Below are positions 25,063 to 33,634 of a stretch of 64,000 nucleotides of DNA, in pieces (position 1 is the first letter of the stretch; every line of letters begins with the position of its first letter). The notes beneath the pieces were generated by a model. That model worked only from the letters and a program-made list of their open reading frames with translations, did not search any database and had not been told where the DNA came from. The DNA is taken from positions 456,176 to 520,175 of the forward strand of contig CAWGZX010000005.1 of the NCBI GenBank assembly GCA_963827135.1. Direction: 5' to 3'. The position numbers were made by a program, and so were the translations under genes. Origin of the DNA: Methanomassiliicoccaceae archaeon. Lineage in GTDB: Archaea > Thermoplasmatota > Thermoplasmata > Methanomassiliicoccales > UBA472.

Positions 25063-25920
25063 TCAGTAGGTGGTGCTCATGTCCAGCTTCCCCTTCCTCC
25101 TGGCCAAGCGGTCGGCGTAGCGGAAAATGCCTAGGGAGAGGAGCAGGAAAACGAGGCTCGTCACGAGCAGCATGAGGAAGATGTCTCCGGTGGAATAGAC
25201 CGTCAGGCCGCTGTCCCATTGCAGGTCGGCGGGCAGGACCGCTCTCCGCACCACCTCCAGCCAATAGGTTATGGGGATGGTCAGCCCAATCACCTGACCC
25301 CAGGTGGGCAGGAAGGTGATGGGGAAGGTCACGCCGCAGAAGAGGTAGAACATGCCCGCGATGCCCTCGTTGATGCCCATGCTGTGCTTGGCCGTGAGCA
25401 TCGAGACCCCTGCCAGGGCGATCCCGATCATGCAGATGCAGAACAGGCCGATCGCCATCGCCAGAAGCAATAAGGGCCAATTGACCGCGCCCAGGTCGAT
25501 GGGCAATCCGAGGAACACCACCCCGAAGCTCAGGGTTATGATGGCGGCGATGGTGGTGATCACGATCTTGGGGAAGGCCCTGCCGACGATGTAGAGATAG
25601 AAGGATATGGGCGCGATGTACACCTGCTTAAGCGTCTGGTAGTGCTCGCGGTCCTCGTGGATGACGAAGACCACCCCGAACAGCACTTGGGCCACGTACA
25701 TGTAGAAGGTGTTGCCCACGTACATGTAGGAGAAGATCTCCGGCTGCTCCAGCACCGAGCCCCAGATCACCAGGTACATGAAGACCAGGATGAGGGTGGC
25801 GGAGATGGGCTTGACAACGGAGTAGAGGGCGAAGAGCCAGGGGTTGGTCCAGTTGGACTCCATCTGCCAACCTAGCCAGGCGGCGTTCCTCAGGGTGCGG
25901 AGATGAGCGCTCATTGCCAT
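25063..25920 (-). CDS. ABC-2 type transporter permease
   Basis: Only the C-terminal 285 aa of track ORF 25063-26694 (from MAMSAHLRTLRNAAWLGW...) look genuine, with 6 hydrophobic helices. The start overlaps the upstream permease stop (25911-25920). Confidence 0.75.
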   Translation of the reverse strand: MAMSAHLRTLRNAAWLGWQMESNWTNPWLFALYSVVKPISATLILVFMYLVIWGSVLEQPEIFSYMYVGNTFYMYVAQVLFGVVFVIHEDREHYQTLKQVYIAPISFYLYIVGRAFPKIVITTIAAIITLSFGVVFLGLPIDLGAVNWPLLLLAMAIGLFCICMIGIALAGVSMLTAKHSMGINEGIAGMFYLFCGVTFPITFLPTWGQVIGLTIPITYWLEVVRRAVLPADLQWDSGLTVYSTGDIFLMLLVTSLVFLLLSLGIFRYADRLARRKGKLDMSTTY

Positions 25921-26726
25921 CTCAAGGTCAGCCTCCCTTCCCTCTTTCCTAGGTACTCCATATAATGCAGCGCCCACCTCGCCGCGAATACGAACCCGAT
26001 CGCCAGCAGGACGAGAACGCCCAGCTCCACCTGCCACGACAGGAAGGGGAGCAGCTCGGTCCCGTTGAACATCAGCTGACGCATGGCATCGAGGCCGAGG
26101 GTGATGGGGATGATACTCGCCCCCAATGCGACCCAGGAACCAAGCGCCTTCACTGGGAAGTAGAAGCCAGAGACGAGGTAGATCGGCTCCTGCAAGATGT
26201 TGGAGAGGTGCCACGCCCCTCTCCCGTAGAGGAGATAGAGGGAGGCGAACAGCATGCCCATGCCATATAAGGCGATGAGCGTGACCACGAAGACCGCCAC
26301 CAGGGCCGCTGGGTTCGTTACCTCCAGCTCCACGCCGAAGATGAAGAAGCCGAGAATGAAGGTGGAGGCGGCCCTGACCCCGGTCAGGAACATGCCGCCG
26401 ATGGCCATGCCCGCCAGGACGGACATCTTGGACATGGGAGCGATCATGTAGAGCTGCAGGTTGCCCGTCTCCTTCTCCCAGTAGAATTGGGCGGCCATGC
26501 TCCAAAGGACGTTGATCCAGAACGCGGTCATCGCCCCGCCCAGGACGACGAAGCCCGTGTACACCTCCGGCGCCCCCATAGCCCGATAGAAGAAGACGAA
26601 CGCGGCTATGCCCAAGATGGGAAGGAAGATGTCGAAGAGGATCCAGCTCGGCTCCCGCTGCACGCCTATGATCCTGGGATAGGCACGGCCCCATATCGCC
26701 CTCCAGTTCAGCTGGAGGTCCATCAC
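25911..26726 (-). CDS. ABC-2 type transporter permease
   Basis: 271 aa, 6 TM helices. Its start overlaps the ATPase stop (ATGA-type, 26723-26726). Confidence 0.8.
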   Translation of the reverse strand: MMDLQLNWRAIWGRAYPRIIGVQREPSWILFDIFLPILGIAAFVFFYRAMGAPEVYTGFVVLGGAMTAFWINVLWSMAAQFYWEKETGNLQLYMIAPMSKMSVLAGMAIGGMFLTGVRAASTFILGFFIFGVELEVTNPAALVAVFVVTLIALYGMGMLFASLYLLYGRGAWHLSNILQEPIYLVSGFYFPVKALGSWVALGASIIPITLGLDAMRQLMFNGTELLPFLSWQVELGVLVLLAIGFVFAARWALHYMEYLGKREGRLTLRWQ

Positions 26727-27685
26727 TCCAACCCCCTACCCACCAGCTGGATGAACACGTCCTCCAGGGTGGGCTCGGTCTTGGCGAGGGATATGACCTT
26801 GGCGTTCTTGCTGGTGATGAAGGAGATGACGTCCGAGATGACCGCCTCGTCCTCGAGGACGAAGCGGACCTCTTCCTTTGACCCGTCCCCTTTGGCGCTG
26901 AAGCCCTTGACTCCCGGTAGCGAGCTTATCTCCCCGATGCAGGAACAGGGGGAGGTGGTGATGGAGAAGGTCGAGTCCTTGGCCACGGTCCGCTTCAGTC
27001 GAAGCGGTGTGTCGCAGGCCAGGATCCTGCCCTGGTGGATTATGGCCAGGCGGTCGCAGAGCTGGTCGGCCTCCTGCATGTAGTGGGTGGTGAGCAGGAC
27101 GGTCTTGCCCTCCCCTCTTACCCATTTGCGGATGAACTCGCGGATGTTCATGGAGGCGTTGACATCGAGCCCCAGCGTAGGCTCGTCCAGGAAGATGAGG
27201 TCAGGATCGGTGACGAAGCCCCTAATGACGTTCATCTTCTGCCTTTGTCCGGTGGAGATGGTGCGCACCTTGGAGTCGGCCTTGTCGGCGATCCCGAAGA
27301 GCTCCACCATCTCGTTGATGGTCCGCTTGGCATCCTCGCTCGGAATCCCATAGAACTGCGAGAACATCCACAGGTTCTCTCTGACCGTCAGCAGGCCATA
27401 GCCTGATGTCTCGCCGCCCGAGACCATGTTGATGCGGGGGCGTATGGCTTGGGCTTCCTTCTCCACATCGCGCCCCAGCACCTTCACCGTGCCCGTTGTG
27501 GGAAGCAGGAGCGTGGCTAGGATCTTGATGAGGGTGGTCTTGCCCGCCCCGTTGGGCCCGAGCAGACCGAAGAGCTCGCCCTCCTCCACCTGCAGGTCGA
27601 CATGGTCGAGCGCCACCAAGGGCTTCTTCCCCTTGGATCCCCCGAAGGTCCTTACCAGTTGGTTCGACTCTATGGCATATGGCAT
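26723..27685 (-). CDS. ABC transporter ATP-binding protein (DrrA/ABC-2 type)
   Basis: Walker A GPNGAGKTT, signature ISTGQRQKM, Walker B LIFLDEPTLGLD. Confidence 0.9.
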   Translation of the reverse strand: MPYAIESNQLVRTFGGSKGKKPLVALDHVDLQVEEGELFGLLGPNGAGKTTLIKILATLLLPTTGTVKVLGRDVEKEAQAIRPRINMVSGGETSGYGLLTVRENLWMFSQFYGIPSEDAKRTINEMVELFGIADKADSKVRTISTGQRQKMNVIRGFVTDPDLIFLDEPTLGLDVNASMNIREFIRKWVRGEGKTVLLTTHYMQEADQLCDRLAIIHQGRILACDTPLRLKRTVAKDSTFSITTSPCSCIGEISSLPGVKGFSAKGDGSKEEVRFVLEDEAVISDVISFITSKNAKVISLAKTEPTLEDVFIQLVGRGLE

Positions 27686-27728
27686 GGACTAGGTCGTATC
27701 AGAAGATGTCCAGAAAAGAGTATCGGCC

Positions 27729-27920
27729 CTATACCTTGTTATTCTGATGGTAGCGGGTGGCGTAGCCGGCGATGCGATTGCGCATCGTGACGGACTGGAC
27801 GTTGGTGAGCTTATCCACCAGGTGCTTGTTGGCCTCGAAGTCGTCAGTAATAAGCCTAGGGTACTTCTCGACGAGCTCGATGGCGACTCTCTTGATGTAA
27901 GTGGGCCTGATCCTTCCCAT
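27729..27920 (-). CDS. rps17e: 30S ribosomal protein S17e
   Basis: 63 aa, [21 protein letters not shown]...RNRIAGY. Confidence 0.9.
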   Translation of the reverse strand: MGRIRPTYIKRVAIELVEKYPRLITDDFEANKHLVDKLTNVQSVTMRNRIAGYATRYHQNNKV

Positions 27921-27957
27921 GATTATCCACCAGGTAAGTCCGGGTTAAGGCCTAGGC

Positions 27958-28638
27958 CTATTTAAGGCTTTTCAGCTCGTGCTTGCGGGACTTTCCACAG
28001 GTCATCTTCCCCTCTGGACACGGCCCTCGGACGCAGCCAGGGCCAGCCTCGGAGAAGATGCTAGGGGAGACCCGCTTCACCTGCCGCAGCATCTCGTCGG
28101 CGACGGCTCTCAGCTCCCATTGGGTGCGATTGCAGCATCTGAGGGAGAAGAAATGCCAAAGCTCGCGTGCGTTCATGGTCACGGTGATGTTGGTGGTGCA
28201 GGCGTTGGGAAGGGCGTAGCGCGCGTCCTCCGCTGGCACCTTCTCGGTGAGCTTCCGATAGTATTCCCAGGCCTTGGCCATCAGCTCCTCGAACTCGGCC
28301 TTCAGCTCCTCGTCCCCAGCGATCGAGGGGGGTGTGACGAAGGTCGCCTCCTTCATTGAGACGTATCTCTGGCTCTGCTGAGAGAAGGAAGCGATGCGGT
28401 GGCGTACCAGCTGATGCGTGAGGGCGCGGGAGACCCCCTCGATGGAGAAGGTGTAAGAGGCGTGTTCGAGGACAGAGTGGTGCCCCATCCCGGTGATGTC
28501 CGATATGGCCTTGCCCGCCTTCTCCTCGTCGATCTCCTCTAAAAGCTTGCTAGCTCCCTTCTTGGAGTAGCAAGAGCGAGCGGCCGCGGCGCATAGGCGT
28601 TCGGCGTCCATGGTGTAAGATAGCAGCTTTACCTTCAT
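27958..28638 (-). CDS. thyX: FAD-dependent thymidylate synthase ThyX
   Basis: HHSVLEH and the ThyX motif RHRIASFSQQSQRY. Confidence 0.9.
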   Translation of the reverse strand: MKVKLLSYTMDAERLCAAAARSCYSKKGASKLLEEIDEEKAGKAISDITGMGHHSVLEHASYTFSIEGVSRALTHQLVRHRIASFSQQSQRYVSMKEATFVTPPSIAGDEELKAEFEELMAKAWEYYRKLTEKVPAEDARYALPNACTTNITVTMNARELWHFFSLRCCNRTQWELRAVADEMLRQVKRVSPSIFSEAGPGCVRGPCPEGKMTCGKSRKHELKSLK

Positions 28639-28678
28639 TCCTGATGGAGATGGCTTGTTTTGGCATTAAGCTGTTTCC

Positions 28679-29392
28679 CTAGCGGTAGGTGTACTGGAAG
28701 CTCACCTCGGCGTTCCCCGCCTTCACCTCTGCCCCTTTCCTGGGGAAATCGCCCGAAAGGAGCTGCTTGAGGCGGATGACGTTCAGCTGCCTGGAGGCGA
28801 GGATGGACGATATCCCTTCCACGTGCCCATCGCCGATAACGGCGACCACGTTGACGTACCTCGCCTCGGCATCGGCGATGCGGCCGGACATGAGCTGGTT
28901 GCGGTCATCGATCAGGACCTTCTTCAAGGTGGGGAACTGCTTTCCGAACTGCACGAGGTACTCGTCCTCGTTCTCCGCGAACTTATCGAGCTCGTGCTTC
29001 ACCTTCTTTTTGCTGGCGAATAAGCCGGTGAAAGCCGAGACGGAGAGAAGGACCCTCTCCTTGATGGGCATCTCCTTCCACAGACGGGCGAATAGGGTGG
29101 AGGCATCAGCGTCGATGAGCAGGGCGGGTATCCCTGCATCTCTGGCAGTATCTATCGCCGCCAGCATCTCCGAGCCAAGCTCCCCTCCGAAATCCTTCGC
29201 CATCTTCTTCTGGAAGATCGAGAGCAATCGATAGGTTGGGGGCATGGTCCGCTTGGCCTGGGGGTTCTTGAGCGCATAGTAGCGGCTGGGGTCGAGCTCG
29301 ACGCAGACCGCGCCCGGCATCTCGCCCTGGATGATCTCCCTTACCTGGGCTCCGATGTCGAATACATGGCCGACCCCGACGAGGGTTATCAT
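28679..29392 (-). CDS. TraB/GumN-family protein
   Basis: MITLVGVGHVF...VCVELDPSRY...GSEMLAAI. Track ORF trimmed. An alternative start at 29461 (MRTPLIR...) cannot be excluded. Confidence 0.7.
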   Translation of the reverse strand: MITLVGVGHVFDIGAQVREIIQGEMPGAVCVELDPSRYYALKNPQAKRTMPPTYRLLSIFQKKMAKDFGGELGSEMLAAIDTARDAGIPALLIDADASTLFARLWKEMPIKERVLLSVSAFTGLFASKKKVKHELDKFAENEDEYLVQFGKQFPTLKKVLIDDRNQLMSGRIADAEARYVNVVAVIGDGHVEGISSILASRQLNVIRLKQLLSGDFPRKGAEVKAGNAEVSFQYTYR

Positions 29393-29506
29393 CTGGTCCA
29401 CGAAACCGCTTGGCGTCCTTATGCTTTTGCTCTTAACGCAGCGGATGAGTGGGGTCCGCATCCCTGCCCCTAGCTTATTGGCGTTGCCAACGAAGCGTTT
29501 ATTATC

Positions 29507-30193
29507 GTGCGGGGTTTGGAAGTTCCGTTGACCCTGAAGAAAGGATTCGACCTCGTGGCCTTCGACATGGATGGCGTCCTGGTGGACTACAGGAGCTGCT
29601 GGACGTGGATCCATGACCATTTCTCCGTGGACAACGAGGACGCCCTGAACGAATTCATCGACGGGCGGATCGACGACATGGAGTTCATGCGCCGGGACAT
29701 AGCTTTGTGGAAGGAGCGCAACCCTTGCTTGTGCCGCTCCGACCTGGACTCCATTTTAGAGCCCCTTCCCATCACCAGCGGCGTGGAGGAGACCGTTTCC
29801 GCCCTGAAGGCAGCAGGGATGACGACGGTCATCATCACCGGGGGCATCGACATCGTGGCCGAGAGGATCGCGAGACATTATGGGTTCGATGATTTCCTGG
29901 CCAATGGAGTGGAATGCGATGAGCGCGGCCTTGTGACCGGGGAGGGAGTGCTCCGAGTGGAGCTCAAGAACAAGCGCGCCGCCCTGGACTATTTCATGGC
30001 CAAGTACTCGGTGAGCCGGGAGCGGGTTGCCAGCATAGGGGACAGCTTCATCGACATCCCCATGTTCCAGGCATCAGGCATGAGCATAGCCTACAATCCC
30101 TTGGACGAAGTTGTGGCCAGGAGCGCGACACATGTCGTTAGGAGCCAGAACCTCATGGCCGTACTGCCTTACTTACTTGGGAAGGACGGATGA
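29507..30193 (+). CDS. HAD-IB family phosphatase (phosphoserine phosphatase-like)
   Basis: DxDG motif FDMDGVLVD, TGGIDIV, GDSFIDIPMF. The track start at 29507 is GTG. The TTG at 29527 lies about 25 nt downstream of TTTATTAT (29496-29503) and could be a leaderless start. Confidence 0.75.
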   Translation: MRGLEVPLTLKKGFDLVAFDMDGVLVDYRSCWTWIHDHFSVDNEDALNEFIDGRIDDMEFMRRDIALWKERNPCLCRSDLDSILEPLPITSGVEETVSALKAAGMTTVIITGGIDIVAERIARHYGFDDFLANGVECDERGLVTGEGVLRVELKNKRAALDYFMAKYSVSRERVASIGDSFIDIPMFQASGMSIAYNPLDEVVARSATHVVRSQNLMAVLPYLLGKDG

Positions 30194-30194
30194 C

Positions 30195-30848
30195 CTATGG
30201 CTTGTGGCCGTGCTCCCCGATCAAGGGCACGAATATGCAGCCCCCGAGGTCCTCGATGCGGAACTTGCCCTTATTACGCACGACCATCACCAAATCCTGA
30301 TGCCAGCTCCCTCCCACCGGTACCAGCATCCTTCCTTCGTCGGCAAGCTGCTGCTTGAGAGGCTCGGGCACATCGGGAGCGGCCGCGGCCACCGAGATGC
30401 GGTCGTAGGGAGCGTGCTCCGGCAGCCCTCTCGTCCCGTCGCCCTCGATCACCTCCACTAGGCCTGAGTATCCGGCTTCCCTGAGGTTCTTCCTCGCCAT
30501 CTCAGCTAGGGAGGGAATGCGCTCGATGGAGTACACCATGCCCCCGGGGCGCACCAGCTCAGCCATCACCGCGGCATGGTATCCAGAGCCGCCGCCCACC
30601 TCCAACACCCTATGTCCTGGTCCTAGGTCCAATGCCTCGGCCATGATGGCGACCATGTGCGGGGCGCTGATCGTCTGGCCTTCCCCGATGTGCAGGGGCG
30701 AGTCGACATAGGCATTCTCGCGCGCTTCGTACGGCAGGAAGAGGTGCCGGGGCACGACCATCATGGCATCGGCAACGCGTTGGCTGCGAATGTAGCCTGA
30801 GTCCCTCAGCCTGGAGACCATCCTTCGCCTAGCCTGCTCGGGCTCCAT
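30195..30848 (-). CDS. pcm: protein-L-isoaspartate O-methyltransferase
   Basis: VPRHLFLP, ISAPHMVA, and SAM motif VLEVGGGSGYHAAVMA. Confidence 0.9.
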   Translation of the reverse strand: MEPEQARRRMVSRLRDSGYIRSQRVADAMMVVPRHLFLPYEARENAYVDSPLHIGEGQTISAPHMVAIMAEALDLGPGHRVLEVGGGSGYHAAVMAELVRPGGMVYSIERIPSLAEMARKNLREAGYSGLVEVIEGDGTRGLPEHAPYDRISVAAAAPDVPEPLKQQLADEGRMLVPVGGSWHQDLVMVVRNKGKFRIEDLGGCIFVPLIGEHGHKP

Positions 30849-30853
30849 ATCCC

Positions 30854-31453
30854 CTACGAATAGGTCATGCGCGCGCTCTTGGCATAGATGCGCACGATGT
30901 CCCTGGCGGGCACGCCCCCTTGGCGGACCATGCTCTCCCTGGTCTTGATGTAGTGGATTACCACGCTGTCACGGCCGATGTTGAGGATGTCCCCGACGAA
31001 GAACTCCTCGTCAGGCAGGGCGGTGAGCTCGGCAGCGAGCGTCTTCGAGGTCTTGTTGACCGAGATCTTGACCCGGACCTTATCGAACTTCTTGGCCCAG
31101 ATGGTCTTGATCTCCTTGGCCACGGCCTCGGGGACCCTTCGCTCGCCCTTCTCTATGGCGGTGATGACCACGTTGGTATCTCCGATGAAGAGCTCGTCCC
31201 CCACCACCACCAGCTCGTCCTCGCCGAACTCGAACTCCGTCTTCTTGGTGGCACCAATGTCGCTGAGAATGATCGCCACCTTGGTCGACTTCGGCTCCCG
31301 GACCACGGCGCTGTGCACATGCTGGCACTCCTGGCATTTGATCGTGGTCTCCAGGACGTCGCCGCCCTTGGATATCCGTCCCTTCAACACTTCATGCAGC
31401 GTCTTCTCGCCGCAGGAAGGGCAGTCTAGATAAAGTGAATTAGGTACCGCCAT
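30854..31453 (-). CDS. archaeal zinc-finger protein (COG1326-like, function unknown)
   Basis: N-terminal CPSCG...(20 aa)...CQECQ zinc ribbon followed by a ~150-aa conserved body. Family recalled from memory. Confidence 0.5.
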   Translation of the reverse strand: MAVPNSLYLDCPSCGEKTLHEVLKGRISKGGDVLETTIKCQECQHVHSAVVREPKSTKVAIILSDIGATKKTEFEFGEDELVVVGDELFIGDTNVVITAIEKGERRVPEAVAKEIKTIWAKKFDKVRVKISVNKTSKTLAAELTALPDEEFFVGDILNIGRDSVVIHYIKTRESMVRQGGVPARDIVRIYAKSARMTYS

Positions 31454-31507
31454 CTCATCCCTCCGATTTCAATCCGGTCATTTCCATATCACCGCGTCCT
31501 ATTGAAT

Positions 31508-32065
31508 CTATCTTCTTATCTCGAACGGGGCGCCGTGCCCGGGGACCACCACGTCCGCCCAATCTACTATCCTGCGCATGCTCCTCAAGGCCTTATCCGG
31601 GTCGTAGTTGAGGCCTGGTGGCACCCACTTCAGGTAATTGTCCTTTATCGGGAGCGCGTCGCCTACGATGGCGTACTTCCTGTCCGAGTCGACGAACAGG
31701 CTCACGCTTCCAGGTGTGTGCCCTGGCGTCCTCACCAATCTGGCCGAGGCGTCGATCCTGGTCTCCTCGTCCTCTTTGGCCGGCTCGGACTCGAAGGCAA
31801 TCACCTTGGCCCGGGGGAAGAGGTCGCTGTTCTCGCAGTGGTCATGGTGATTGTGGGTCAGCACGAGCATGTCCACATCCTCGGGCTGCACCCCGAGCCC
31901 CTCTAGCGAGGCGATGACCTTCGGCCGGTAGGCCGTTGAGGACGTGTCCACAACGATCGTATGGTGCTTCGTGCGCACGAGCGTGGAGGAGCTGTGCGCC
32001 TCCAGAACCACCTTCCCGTCCCTTCGGATCATGCCCTCGCAAAGAACGTCGACCTTCGCCCTCAT
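31508..32065 (-). CDS. MBL-fold metallo-hydrolase
   Basis: LVLTHNHHDHCEN (HxHxDH), TPGHTPGS, VPGHG. Confidence 0.8.
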   Translation of the reverse strand: MRAKVDVLCEGMIRRDGKVVLEAHSSSTLVRTKHHTIVVDTSSTAYRPKVIASLEGLGVQPEDVDMLVLTHNHHDHCENSDLFPRAKVIAFESEPAKEDEETRIDASARLVRTPGHTPGSVSLFVDSDRKYAIVGDALPIKDNYLKWVPPGLNYDPDKALRSMRRIVDWADVVVPGHGAPFEIRR

Positions 32066-32934
32066 CTGAGCTTCACCTCATAACCGCATTCGCTAACCAA
32101 CTTGCCGCCTTTTAAAATGAAGTGGGAGCCGCATTTGGGACAGACCGCCCTGGCGGCGAAATATTCCAGCCAGGCCTTGCGGATGTCCTCCTGCTTCTCC
32201 CCCTTGATCTTCTCCAGCGCGTTCTTGAGCTCGGGGGTGGTGGCCAGGGGCTCCAATCCTTCGTCTTTGAATTTCACGACCGTAGGGGCCGTATGGACCC
32301 TGCCAAGCAGAAGGCCGAGGGCCATTCCGGACAGGAAGCCTCCGAGGTGTGCCGCATAGGCGACGCCGCTGGCCCCGGCTCCCAGAACATAAGGCAATTG
32401 TGAGGCGAAGAAGGCGACCGCGGCCGCCCACACTGGGACGTTAGGCAGGATGATGACGAAGAGCGGAAGGGTGAGCTTGTCCCTGGGATAGAGTATGAAG
32501 AGCGCTCCGACCAGCCCCGAGATGGCCCCGGATGCGCCGATGATGAGGGCATAGCTGCCCCACATCACCGCGGCCTGGAGCATCAGGCCGATGACCCCGG
32601 CGGCCAGGTAGATCACGAGGACCTTGTACTTGCCGATCCGCTCCTCCAGAGGCCCTCCGAAAAGGAAGAGGAAGAGCATGTTGGCGAAGATATGGTATAT
32701 GCCCAGATGCACGAACATGCTGGTGAAGATGGTATAGAGGCTGTCGAAGGTCTGAAGGTAGATGGGGCGGAAGCCGAGCTCGATTATGATCGTGGAGCTT
32801 GGCCCGAGCACCTCGATCATGAAGACGACCAGGTTGCCGATGAGCAACATCAAGGTGAGGGAGAAGCGCTTGAGCATCCCCAAGGCCAGGGTCGCCACCA
32901 TGACCGCTATCGCCGCTATAGAGAAGGTGTCCAT
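32062..32934 (-). CDS. rhomboid-family intramembrane serine protease with C-terminal zinc ribbon
   Basis: GASGAISGLVGA (catalytic Ser), AHLGGFLSG (catalytic His), and a C-terminal CPKCG...(13 aa)...ECGYE. Confidence 0.8.
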   Translation of the reverse strand: MDTFSIAAIAVMVATLALGMLKRFSLTLMLLIGNLVVFMIEVLGPSSTIIIELGFRPIYLQTFDSLYTIFTSMFVHLGIYHIFANMLFLFLFGGPLEERIGKYKVLVIYLAAGVIGLMLQAAVMWGSYALIIGASGAISGLVGALFILYPRDKLTLPLFVIILPNVPVWAAAVAFFASQLPYVLGAGASGVAYAAHLGGFLSGMALGLLLGRVHTAPTVVKFKDEGLEPLATTPELKNALEKIKGEKQEDIRKAWLEYFAARAVCPKCGSHFILKGGKLVSECGYEVKLR

Positions 32935-33046
32935 GTTACGATGCCCCTATTTGGTGGATGGATATGTTGGTTTCGTTTGCGAGGGGACGGGGTTGATATT
33001 GATGGAAGGCCTCGGGTTATCCGGGTTTTAAAGCGTCGACAGTCCG

Positions 33047-33634
33047 ATGTTGGAACGAAGACCAATGAGAGTCGATAACAGCATGAGGATGAAGGAGTGC
33101 GATTCGGTCTATCCTCCATCCGAGGATACATTTCTCTTGCTGGCATGCTTGGAGATTGATTCGAAGAAGAAGGTCCTAGAAATGGGTTGCGGGACCGGGA
33201 TCATCGCGCTCCATTGCGCCAAGGCGGGGGGCTTGGTCACCGCGGTCGACATCAACCCCAAGGCGGTCGACTGCGCTCGCGCCAATGCCAAGGTGAACGG
33301 CCTCGATGTCAAGGTGCTGCATTCCGACCTATTCCAGGATGTCGAGGGATCGTTCGACCTCATCATCTTCAATCCGCCCTATGTTCCGGACGACATCAGG
33401 GGTGAGATCGAGCGGTCTTGGGCCGGAGGGGAGGATGGCGTGAGGGTGCTGGAAAGATTCCTCAAGGACGCCCCTGAACATCTGGTCAAAGGCGGAAGGA
33501 TATTGGTCCTCCTCTCCACCACCATGGAGGATGCCGCCTTGCAGTGCGTGCTTTCGCAATTCGTCAGGGAGAGGCTTTCCTCCAAGAGGCTCTTCTTCGA
33601 GGAGATCTGGGTGGAGGAGCTCCGCCTACGCTGA
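33047..33634 (+). CDS. HemK/Mtq2-type N5-glutamine (release factor) methyltransferase-like
   Basis: VYPPSEDTFLL, SAM motif VLEMGCGTGIIAL, and catalytic NPPY (IIFNPPYVP). Confidence 0.75.
   Translation: MLERRPMRVDNSMRMKECDSVYPPSEDTFLLLACLEIDSKKKVLEMGCGTGIIALHCAKAGGLVTAVDINPKAVDCARANAKVNGLDVKVLHSDLFQDVEGSFDLIIFNPPYVPDDIRGEIERSWAGGEDGVRVLERFLKDAPEHLVKGGRILVLLSTTMEDAALQCVLSQFVRERLSSKRLFFEEIWVEELRLR

Noticed and set aside
25921-26694. The N-terminal 258 aa of track ORF 25063-26694 (543 aa).
   Set aside because: This part overlaps the well-formed ABC-2 permease 25911-26726 in another frame and is R/G/H/P-rich. Only the C-terminal 285 aa, from MAMSAHL, are membrane-protein-like.
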